From: Rhynchopus sp. YZ270_cl-10
Taxonomy: Eukaryota
DNA: 64,000 nucleotides
Assembly: GCA_964035575.1 (NCBI GenBank)
Contig: OZ037838.1
Location: forward strand, 806,001 to 870,000
Direction: 5' to 3'
Shown here piece by piece: positions 44,625-54,686 of the stretch (within the stretch, counting starts at the first letter, position 1; the number at the start of each line of letters is the position of its first letter). The notes below the pieces were generated by a model. The model worked only from the letters and a program-made list of their open reading frames with translations, was not told where the DNA came from and searched no databases. The position numbers and the translations under genes are program-made.

Positions 44625-46696
44625 ATGGATGTGACCTTTGTGCTGGAAGAGTCAGGCGTGACTGCGACAGTGGAGGTGCCGTGCGAGGCGGACGTTGCAG
44701 CGGCAAAGGAGGTTGCGTGCACGGCGCTTGCTGTCTCGCCTGCGTCTGTCGAGATGCGCATCGTCACGCAGGTGCTGGAGGGGACGTGCCGTCTGCAGGA
44801 CACTGCGTTTTGTGCAGGGGTGCAGATCGTGCTTGCCCGCCCTCGCTTTGCCGACATCAAGTGTCCTGCTGAGTACACTGCACAGATGTGATGATCTTAT
44901 CGCTGTCGCATTGTGGAACACTCTGCATCTATTATGACTGGAGTGGGCATGTTGGCGGCTTCGACACAGAAACCTTTGACACTGTCTTCTCGTTCGAAGT
45001 GGACAATGAGGTGCACGGTGCGCCTGCCATCTCGCAGTGCAAGACACGCTGCTACCTGGCGTGTTGGAGTAAAGGCCTTCTCGAGGTTGCGCTTCCGGGT
45101 GGGGAGGTGCTCCGCAAAGTCGATGGCACTCCGCACGCAGTGTTCGCGTGTGGCGGTGTTATTCTCTCCCAAGGCACAGACGGCGTCTCTGTGTATGACG
45201 ATGACCTGACGTTGCTCCGCTCTCTCTCGCACAAGCAGTGCAGGAAGATGGCAGTGTCGGACTGTGGTGGGTGGGTGATCACCTCCTCCGAAGGGAAAGA
45301 GGCACGTCTGTGGGATGTGAACACAGGTGAAGTTGTGGCATGTGTGCCTGCGGAGGGGTGGTGCGCAGTAGTGGCACTTTGCAGACTATTGTGCAGCGAA
45401 GCTTTCACGGTCTGCTTCTGTCTTTGCTGTGGTCTTTGCTGAGGCGGGGAACAACAACGTGCACCTCTATGATTGGAGTGGTGCGGCTCTTCGCAGTGTT
45501 GATGTGGGTGGGATTGTCGAGAGCATGCAGTTCACCCCATGTGGGAAGTACTTTGTAGCCAAGCTGCATGTTCCGGAATGCATATGGGTCGATGCGTAAA
45601 ACCCCCCCTCCCCGGGTTTTGGGGCTGTAAGTGAAATTAAGGCAAAATATTACACCAACAATACATTTTTTTATTGCACAACGGGGCACTTTTATTTCAC
45701 AACCCGGGGGTCTGCTAAACGCTTAGTTCTCAAGGCTTACGTTCATCGTATCAACTTCCCTTTGGTGTTGGGGTTATCTTCATTCAAATTTTTCTCTTTT
45801 CGAAATATCTTTATCTCCTGTATCACAACCTTGCAGAGTTGCTGATGTCCGACCTAAACACCATTGAGGCAGATGGAGTGGCCACTCCACAGGCAGCACT
45901 GTTCCCGTAGGTGGGCACACCCCACCCCCACCAGCCGCATCCGCATCCATCTAAGGTGAAACACGTGAAAAAATCCCTCAGATGGTCAAAATACCCAAAT
46001 TTTGCGTTTTTTTGCATTTTTCGGTACCCCAAGACCCCACCCAGGAGTCGAAATTTTCCGGGGAAAAAATTTTTTTTTTCCCCGATTTTTCGGATTTTTG
46101 CTAAGGCGCTGGCCCATACAAACCGGTTTTTTGTACAGAAAATGACCGGGGAATAAATATGTGATGCTCAAAACATCAAAATTCTTGCTTTATTTGCATT
46201 TTTGGGTCCATCTGAGCCCAAAAAAAAATTTTTTTTTCGGCTGAAAATTTTGTCTTTGCGAAAAAAAAAAAAAAAATCGAGCAGTGAAATAAAGAGTGAA
46301 ATAAAGAGTGAAATAAAGAAATAAAGCCTTTTTTATTTCACTGCCGTTTTTATTTTTCTACAGGAATTTGTTAGGGGAGTGAAATTAAAGTGCCCCGACG
46401 TGCAATAAAAAAAAATCAAAAATCGTAGTGAAATTTAGGGGAGGGGGGGTTTTACGCATTCACCCATATATGATACAGATGATGACGAAGAAATGATTGC
46501 TAGTGGCTACAATGTGCAACTCCACCAGTATGATGTGGCGACCATGTCTTGTGTGCGTGTGATCCCGCAAAGCTCAGATGGGACATTTACGATATCACCA
46601 TGTTCGCGTGTGATTGTGTTAGTAGGGGATGAGGACGAAAGCGGTACAACAAGCGGCATTGTAACAAGGCATCTGTACCCACACAACAGTGAGTGA
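44625..46696 (+). pseudogene. Ubl-WD40-like propeller family, copy 13 (disrupted)
   Basis: Frameshift/stop at ~44885, small insertion at ~45376-45400, and an 880-bp TIR element at 45586-46465. Coding sequence resumes at 46466 and runs to HLYPHNSE. Confidence 0.88.
45586..46465. mobile_element. Non-autonomous TIR element with GGG termini and 4-bp TSD ATAT
   Basis: GGGTCGATGCGTAAAACCCCCCCTCCC ... GGGAGGGGGGGTTTTACGCATTCACCC. Empty site GAATGCATATATGATGC is present in copy 5 (~21388-21404). Confidence 0.88.
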
Positions 46697-47519
46697 TGTT
46701 TCGCGAGGGGTGGGAGGGTGGTGACTGTATTCTGACAGAAGGGGACAGTGCAAGTGTCTGCAGAGGGTATACCATCAACTGCATAGGCCACACCGTCAAT
46801 CTAGCTCAAGCGGACCGCTTTTCACACATAACACACAAAGACTTCGTTGTGTATTTTTTTTCATATTGGTATCGTTTCTTGTTGACTCTTTATTTGTGAA
46901 GATGTGCGTGCACGAGAGTCATATTCATGTTTCAGGTTTTATTTGCTTACTTTTCCATGAGGATCCAATCCGTTAAACGGAAACACAACCAGCGGTTGTG
47001 TGGTTTATGATCGTACTCTTAACGTTCAAAAGAAATCAAACAAAATCAAAAGGGGAGAAAATGTGGGAGGAATCTGTTTTCAATTGGCACTGTTAGTGCG
47101 GAAGGTACGTGCGGGGAGGGACGAGAGTGGGGAACGGGAAAAGGCGAAACTGTTTTTTTCCCTGCTGAATATGGTGATTGTTTGTTTCTCCCCAGCCCCA
47201 GTTCCTACCCTGCCAAAGCAGGAGGTAAAAAGAAATAGCATCCCTCCTTTTTTGTTTAGAGTATACTCTCAAACCCCACACAACGCACTTTCAGTGCCTT
47301 ACGGTGCTGCTAAATGTGGTGACCTTCCCCGTTCACACCACAGTGAAGGCAAGTCGTGAGGTTTCTTTTCACATCTCGTGTGTGTTTGCAGGGTATCTTC
47401 AAGTTGCTTGTTTGTTCAGAGTTTGTTGAAACACGTATTCAACCCACCAACCTTCTTATTTGTCGTTGCGAAGTGACACCACCAACCATCACATCAAACA
47501 CAACAGACCCCTTAACAAT

Positions 47520-48655
47520 ATGATGGATGTGACCTTTGTGCTGGAAGAGTCAGGCGTGACTGCGACAGTGGAGGTGCCGTGCGAGGCGGACGTTGCAGCG
47601 GCAAAGGAGGTTGCGTGCACGGCGCTTGCTGTCTCGCCTGCGTCTGTCGAGATGCGCATCGGCACGCAGGTGCTGGAGGGGACGTGCCGTCTGCAGGACA
47701 CTGCGTTTCGTGCAGGGGTGCAGGTTGTGCTTGCCCGCCGCTTTGCCAACATCAAGTGTCCTGCTGAGTATAGTGAGCAGAATACTTGTCGCTGTCGCGT
47801 TGTGGAACGCTCTGTGTTTTTTCGGACTTGACTGGGGAGTTAGGTGGCTTCGACACAGAAACCTTCGACACTGTCTTCTCGTTTTTATTGGATAATGATG
47901 CGTGCGGTCCGCCTGCCATCTCGCAGTGCAAGACACGCTGCTACCTGCCGTGTTGGAAAGACTTACGCAAGGTTGCGCTTCCGGGTGGGGAGGTGGTCCG
48001 CAAAGTCGAGGGCACCTCAGACTCAGTGTTCGCGTGTGGCGGTGTTGTTGTCTCGAAGGGCAAAGACGGCGTCTCTGTGTATGACAAAGACCTGACGTTG
48101 CTCCGCTCTCTCTCGCACGAAGGGTGCTGGGGTATGGCAGTGTCGGACTGTGGTGGGTGGGTGATCACCTCCTCCTCCATTGAGAACACGCGTCTGTGGG
48201 ATGTGAACACAGGAGAAGCTGTGGCATGTGTGCCTGCGGATGCCACAGACTGGTGTTGCGTGGCGCTTTCACGGTCTGCCTCTGTCTTTGCTGTGGAGGG
48301 CTCTGGCAACGTGCACCTCTTTGATTGGAGTGGTGCGGCTCTTCGCAGTGTTGATGTGGGTGGGGATGTCACGGGCATGCAGTTCACCCCATGTGGGAAG
48401 TACCTTGTGGTCAAGGTGATTGTTGCGGAAGACATATCTGATACATATGATGAAGAATCTGAAGAATATGATGGTTACAATGCACATCTCCACCAGTATG
48501 ATGTGGCAACCATGTCCCGTGTGCATGTGATCCCGCAAACCTGTGGTGGGACATTTGCGATATCACCATGTTCACGTGTGGTTGTGTTAGGGTGTGACGA
48601 AAGTACAACAAGCGGCATCGTAACAAGGCATCTGTACCCACACAACAGTGAGTGA
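47520..48655 (+). pseudogene. Ubl-WD40-like propeller family, copy 14 (frameshifted)
   Basis: Split into ORFs 47460-47831 and 47786-48655. Net 4-nt deletion at ~47775 relative to copies 6 and 11. Confidence 0.85.
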
Positions 48656-49441
48656 TGTTTCGCGAGGGGTGTGAGGGTGGTGACTTTTTTCTGACACACG
48701 AGTCATATTCATGTTTCAGGTTTTATTTGCTTACTTTTCCATGAGGATCCAATCCGTTAAACTGAAACACAAACCGGCCGACAAGCGGTTGTGTACCTTC
48801 CCCGTTCACAGTACGGGCAAGCCGCGAGGTTTCTTTTCACATCTCCTGTGTATTTGCAGGGTATCGTCATTGTTTGTATCGTTTTTTGTTGACTCTTTTT
48901 TTGTGAAAGATGTGTTGGACGATCTATGAACCGTGAGAGATGTTTTTACTAGCTCTCAGTAGCGTCTCACAGGTTCTCACTAACTCTCCCTAAGTTATGA
49001 GGTGTCTTTTTTTACTTTGTCGTGTGCCTGTAAGCTCTTGTGTCTCCACAGATGTCCACATTTATTTTTTTTTTGGAGAGTAAAAATTTATTTGGAGACA
49101 TGCCTTTGCCAAAACACATCTCTTTTTGTTGTAAAATAGACAATGTATATTATGTGGTGGTCAAAAATGCAAAGCTCCTTCGCCAATGGATTTATTGGGT
49201 GTGTGTTATACCGGGACAAGTGGTCAGATCACTTAGGTGTTTTCAACCTTCCCCCTTCACCACAGTACGGGCAAGCCGCGAGGTTTCTTTTCACATCTCC
49301 TGTGTATTTGCAGGGTATCTTCAAATTGCTCGCTTGTTCAGAGTTTTTTGAAACACGTAATTAACCCACCAACCTTCTTATTTGTCATTGCGAAGTGACA
49401 CCACCAACCATCACATCAAACACAACAGACCCCTTAACAAT

Positions 49442-50530
49442 ATGATGGATGTGACCTTTGTGCTGGAAGAGTCAGGCGTGACTGCGACAGTGGAGGTGCC
49501 GTGCGAGGCGGACGTTGCAGCGGCAAAGGAGGTTGCGTGCACGGCGCTTGCTGTCTCGCCTGTGTCTGTCGAGATGCGCATCGGCACGCAGGTGCTGGAG
49601 GGGACGTGCCGTCTGCAGGACACTGCGTTTGATTCAGGAGTGCAGGTTGTGCTTGCCCGCCCTCGCTTGGCCGACATCAAGTGTCCTGCTGAGTACGATG
49701 TACAGGACATTTTAAAGATGACCGCGAGGTCGTTGAGGCTGTCGCGTTGTGGAAAGCTCTGCGTCTATAGTAATGGAAGTAGTCATGTTGGCGGCTTCGA
49801 CACAGAAACCTTCTACACTGTTTTCTCGTTTTTATTGGATACTGGTGTGTGCGGTCCGCCTGCCATCTCGCAGTGCAAGACACGCTGCTACCTGCCGTGT
49901 TGGAAAGACTTACACAAGGTTGCGCTTCCTGGTGGGGAGGTGCTCCGCAAAGTCGACGGCCCCTCGTACGCAGTGTTCGCGTGTGGCAGTGTTGTTGTCT
50001 CACGAGGCGATGAAGGCGTCTCTGTGTATGACGAAGACCTGACGTTGCTCCGCATTCTCTCGCATGAGCAGTGCAGGAATGTGGCAGTATCGGACTGTGG
50101 TGGGTGGGTGATCACCTCCTCCAACAAGGAGAAGAACGCACGTCTGTGGGATGTGAACACAGATGTTGATGTGGCATGTGTGCCTGTTGAGGGGTGGTGT
50201 TGCATGGAGCTTTCACGATCTGCCTCTGTCTTTGCTGTGGTGGGCTCTGGCAACGTGCACCTCTATGATTGGAGTGGTGTGGCTCTTCGCTCTCTGGGCA
50301 GGGATGGGGATGTCGAGTGCATGCAGTTCACCCCGTGTGGGAAGTACCTTGTGGTAAAGGGAACCCACGTGCTCCACCAGTATGATGTGGCAACCATGTC
50401 CTGTGTGCGTTGGGTCCCGCAAGCCTATGATACGTCATTTGTGATATCGCCGTGTTCACGTGTTCTTGTGGCTACGCAACCAAATGGCGCCATTGCGACA
50501 AAGCATCTGTACCCACACAACAGTGAGTGA
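49442..50530 (+). CDS. Ubl-WD40-like propeller family, copy 15
   Basis: Family ATG at 49442 within ORF 49382-50530. Confidence 0.9.
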   Translation: MMDVTFVLEESGVTATVEVPCEADVAAAKEVACTALAVSPVSVEMRIGTQVLEGTCRLQDTAFDSGVQVVLARPRLADIKCPAEYDVQDILKMTARSLRLSRCGKLCVYSNGSSHVGGFDTETFYTVFSFLLDTGVCGPPAISQCKTRCYLPCWKDLHKVALPGGEVLRKVDGPSYAVFACGSVVVSRGDEGVSVYDEDLTLLRILSHEQCRNVAVSDCGGWVITSSNKEKNARLWDVNTDVDVACVPVEGWCCMELSRSASVFAVVGSGNVHLYDWSGVALRSLGRDGDVECMQFTPCGKYLVVKGTHVLHQYDVATMSCVRWVPQAYDTSFVISPCSRVLVATQPNGAIATKHLYPHNSE

Positions 50531-50854
50531 TATGTGACCAGGGGTGGGGAGGGTGGGTGGGTGGTGATGAATATAACTTAGGGTTCCGGGAAAAAAACCC
50601 AAGACCCTCAAAACATAAAGTACGACAGTCTATCTAGTAGGCTAGATAAAGTACGAGGGGATTTTTATAAACCTTCATTTTTGTGTCTCGGGGTCACCCC
50701 TGAGTGAAACGCAAAGACATTTTATTGCGATGCATTCATTGTCTATCCTTCGTAGGTTTGCACATCACTTTCAAGGTTTTCGTGTTTGAGAACGAAGAAG
50801 ATGTCGTTCACCCCATTCATTTGTGTGCCCATTATTCCCTTTCCCTTCGTTTGT

Positions 50855-52250
50855 CATACTTGGACCGCCCGAAATATATTTCGGGCGAATTCGGGCGGAT
50901 TTTTCGGGCGCAGATCCCGAGCGCCCGAAATGTGCCCGAAATATATTTCGGGCGTTTTAAAGGGAATTTATACGTAATTCGGGCGAATTCGGGCGCATTT
51001 CGGGCGAATTTGGGCACATTTCGGGCGAATTCGGGCGATTTCGGGCAGATTCGGGCGAATTCGGGCGCACAACCAGTATCTTATGTGTGCTGGGAAGCAT
51101 GCTATCAGTGTAAAAATCTAACGCTTTATTTGAAAGATTGGCACAAAATTTGTTCAAAGAAAAAAAAATTGAGCAAAAATTCCTAGTAGAACCCAACTTA
51201 TATGAGTGCAGCTCTGTTAGCAGCCACGTATAAAACCGATTTCCCTAACAATTTACACTAAAATACTACTAATAACGTAAAAAGGCGATTTTTCACGTTA
51301 TTGGGCATCTCCAGAGCAACTACAGGCCCGAAACACCCCGAGAATGGGTCAGAACCACCCTGTGACCCGAAAATTCACAAAAATTCACCCTGAAATACGA
51401 AAAAATAGTGAAAACCCGGTTGATAGTGTGTTTTGGGGAGGAATAAGCAAATGATAGTCAGAAAACCCGTCATTTGGTGGTGATTCTCACGGGCCTCCAA
51501 AGTGCACTCAGGTGTACAAAAGTTTTCGATTCTTTGGTGCTTCCCGGGGGGTGTGCATTTCACAAATTTTCACAAAATGTGACAAGTTTTCACAAATTTT
51601 CACCACACGAAAACTGCTACAAAATTGTGAAGGCTGGCGAAAAGTGGTGAAAAGTTGTGAAAAAATGTGAAAAGTTGTGAATAGTTGTGAAAAGTTGTGA
51701 ATTGATTTTTTTTTTGTGAGTGCTTTTTTTTTGGGCGGGTGGTGACCCACCCATTGAGGGGCACGCTGGGATTCACAAGATAGAACGTGATGTGGTGTAC
51801 CTGTGTACCTGTGTACTGTGTGATGTGCGGAAATGACGAGAACTTGTCCATTTCGGCAAATTGACCCCACCACTGGCCGGACGGATTCCGGAAATGCAAA
51901 TGCCGGCGTTTAAAAGCTTCACCAACGAGAGAAAAAAGGGTAGTGAAAAGTTGTGAATAGTTGTGAAAAGTTGTGAATTGAATTGAAAATTTGTGAAATG
52001 CATACCCCCCGGGAAGCACCATTCTTGCTTATTTTGACAGATTTGACATCAAATATTTCCAAATATAAAAAGTTTTTTGCAAAAATGAGTAGAACCCTAC
52101 CTAGTCGGTTTTCACTACGGAAAAAGCGCCCGAATTCGCCCGAAATCTGCATTTCGGGCGATTTCGGGCGTTTTCGGGCGACTTCGGGCGCACAAAATCG
52201 CCCGAAATCGCCCGAAATGCCCGAAATATATTTCGGGCGGTCCAAGTATG
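50855..52250. mobile_element. Non-autonomous TIR element with CATAC...GTATG termini and 6-bp TSD GTTTGT
   Basis: CATACTTGGACCGCCCGAAATATATTTCGGGC at both ends (inverted); subterminal TTCGGGCGA arrays. Empty site CCCTTCGTTTGTGTGGTTTTC at ~16746-16766. Confidence 0.9.
51535..52021. mobile_element. Nested TIR element (TG...CA, apparent 5-bp TSD TTCTT) inside the 50855-52250 element
   Basis: TGGTGCTTCCCGGGGGG(T)GTGCATTTCACAAATTTTCA and its inverse ending at 52021; internal AGTTGTGAA repeats. Confidence 0.7.
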
Positions 52251-52995
52251 GTTTGTGTGGTTTTCAGATTTTTATGATGTTGAGAGAAATGAGCAGGATT
52301 GGACGCCTGTGGTCATGATAAAAGCCGTGACGCCATTGAGCGACTCACAGACACATCAGTGATAGACGTTGTCGCTGTGGTATCCCGCCTCGCAGAGGAA
52401 GGTGTTTTTTGACACAGCAACTTCGTGAGTCAGTTACCGGTGTGCGAATCAAATTGAAAACGGCGTGTTTGCGCTTCATACAAAACTAATGCTGCCTGAG
52501 CAGGGCAAGAACCAAAGGATGGTGGCCACGTTCAAAAGCAAAGCACAGTGGAGCACATCCACACTAATACAACCAAGCTTTCAAAAACAAAACAAGACCT
52601 CTCCCCGACCTGTTTGTTGTCTCTTGCACACCACACCCGCACTCCCTACCTCCCTTTTGATACCTGTCTACGCCCACAGAGAGACATCCCTCCCGTCCCA
52701 TCACGCTGCCCATGCGGTGCTCTCGTGTGGGTGACAGATCGCGATGCTGAGTATCATTTTCCATTTGTCACCTCTCAACGAGAACCACCACATACACACC
52801 ACAGCAGCTTCATGGAGAGGGATGGCCGCACTTGCTTCTTGTTTGGGCGTATGTATGGGCAGACTTCACCAAGTTGACGCAGTGGCTCGGGTGATAGGAC
52901 TACATCTGGTGCCGTACCATTGTATCTTTCTTCCTTTCTCCCACCTCTCTGCCACCTACCTCATCACTTCAAAGGGTCTAACACATCAATACACA

Positions 52996-54564
52996 ATGCA
53001 TCCACGCACTTTGCTTGCTTTGAGTGTGCTGCGTGGGGTGTCTGCAGGGGTAGACTCGAGCTTTGCAAGCACGGCGCGTGACAAGCTGGTGTATGGCTGT
53101 CTGACTGGGGGGGCGAACACAACGGACTCAGAACCGTGCAGGCTGTGGGTGGAGGAGATGGCGAACGACGCGTGGCCTGCGGTGTTTCTTTTTGTGTTGC
53201 TCATCGGTATTGCGATCTGGCGCTGTGCGCGGTGCTGTTGCAAATGCTGTGGGTCTTCCGTGCCTTCTGGTGGTTGCTGTGGCGGGCAGTCTGCTCTTGA
53301 ATGCGACGACAACAGCGTGCAGGACCCTAACCGAAAGCCCTTCACCGGCTACGGCAGCTGCTCACGTCTCATCTTCCGTGTCACGCTGATTCTCACCTTT
53401 GCTGGCGCGGTCGCGATCATCGGCCCAGGCCTCGCACTGAACACTCAGGTGACGGATGGTGTCGTAAGAATAGGCAACAACATCGACCGCATGATCGAAG
53501 ACGTCGCTGATGCGCTTGCCTTTGTTAACAAATCTGTGGTCAGCCTACCGGACGTCAAAGCAGCGGACCGCGCAATGATATCAACCCAGACACGCCAAGT
53601 CAACGACGCACTCGAGGAAATGGAGAACTTCAAGCAGGACTACCTCTACCGCTACAACCACGTCGAGACCGGCTACAGCAGAGAGGACGCGACCGTCATC
53701 TTTGGCGCGGTTGTGCTCTTCATGTTCCTCCTCATCGCTTTGGTGGGGCTGCTGGGGTGCCATCGGTGCTGTCTGCCGGGGGTGGTGTTCTGCTTTATGG
53801 TTTTGGTTATGCTGATCATGATGGTGGTCACACTCATCCATCACTTCTTGGGAATGGCTACAGTCGACGTCTGCGGCAACTACGACAGTCTCATGGCAGA
53901 GCTGGTACGCAAGGTGGAGGATCAATTGGGGTGCCGTCCGTGGTCGACCGACCGGCTTGCACAGATCAACCAGATTGTGGACACTGTGAAGGCAGACGTG
54001 ATGCAGCGGATGTGCACCGACCTCTTGACGCAGGGTGGGATGCCGGATGTGTTTGGCTACTCGGTGCCTTCTCTGTGCGGTGGGGGCATCACGATACAAG
54101 CCTTCTTCAGAGGGCTCCTTGCTTCAACCGTCGTCACAGACGGAACAGGGTCGATCCAGGTCTACAACAACGTTGTCCTCCAAAGCTGCACCGCTCCGTG
54201 CGATATGAGGAAATGTGCTGAGTCGTGCCCATCCCCACTCCGCGAGCTGACCCGCGAGATCGTAACCACCTGGGGCATCTACGACCCGGTGATCACAACA
54301 TACGAATTAGAGGTGCTCCCGATCAGTACGTGCCTGACGCTTGGACAGCTTGTAGGACGCGTTAAGAACCCCTTCTGCAATGACATAAAAGAGCCGGTTC
54401 TCAGCCTGTTCTTCATCTGCATCTTCTCCATGTGTCTTGCAGTTGTCGCAGCTGTGCTCATGACATTGGGCACGAAAAGGTTCATCCCTGGTGCTCGTGC
54501 AGGGATGGTAGTCTGCACCGGTACAACGCAGGCGCAAAGGCATCAAAGCAAAGGTGAGGTGTGA
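52996..54564 (+). CDS. Multi-pass Cys-rich membrane protein with Tweety/prominin-like topology
   Basis: ATG at 52996 within ORF 52744-54564. Signal-like N-terminus, about 5 hydrophobic helices, Cys cluster after TM1 (RCARCCCKCCG), and D.C after TM4 followed by a large Cys-rich loop. Confidence 0.7.
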   Translation: MHPRTLLALSVLRGVSAGVDSSFASTARDKLVYGCLTGGANTTDSEPCRLWVEEMANDAWPAVFLFVLLIGIAIWRCARCCCKCCGSSVPSGGCCGGQSALECDDNSVQDPNRKPFTGYGSCSRLIFRVTLILTFAGAVAIIGPGLALNTQVTDGVVRIGNNIDRMIEDVADALAFVNKSVVSLPDVKAADRAMISTQTRQVNDALEEMENFKQDYLYRYNHVETGYSREDATVIFGAVVLFMFLLIALVGLLGCHRCCLPGVVFCFMVLVMLIMMVVTLIHHFLGMATVDVCGNYDSLMAELVRKVEDQLGCRPWSTDRLAQINQIVDTVKADVMQRMCTDLLTQGGMPDVFGYSVPSLCGGGITIQAFFRGLLASTVVTDGTGSIQVYNNVVLQSCTAPCDMRKCAESCPSPLRELTREIVTTWGIYDPVITTYELEVLPISTCLTLGQLVGRVKNPFCNDIKEPVLSLFFICIFSMCLAVVAAVLMTLGTKRFIPGARAGMVVCTGTTQAQRHQSKGEV

Positions 54565-54590
54565 TACGGAGGTTGAGGAAAAGTGTTTTA

Positions 54591-54686
54591 CAGTAAGACA
54601 ACCGGTGGGGTAAAAAACTAAGGTGGGTTTTTTGGATTTTAAAAACTCTGAGGGAGGGTTTTTACCCCACCGATGTTGTCTTACTG
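54591..54686. mobile_element. ~96-bp MITE with CAGT termini and TA TSD (Tc1/mariner-type)
   Basis: TA|CAGTAAGACAAC(C)GGTGGGGTAAAAA ... TTTTTACCCCACCGATGTTGTCTTACTG|TA. Confidence 0.7.

Noticed and set aside
12612..50530. Diversity-generating retroelement or CRISPR-like explanation for the constant/variable alternation
   Set aside because: Variation includes indels and all bases rather than being adenine-specific. There is no template repeat, intact RT or cas gene, and the constant blocks are coding beta-strands and turns.
54546..54564. AG/GTGAGG possible intron donor at the end of the membrane-protein gene
   Set aside because: No downstream exon could be identified and the ORF ends plausibly at 54564.
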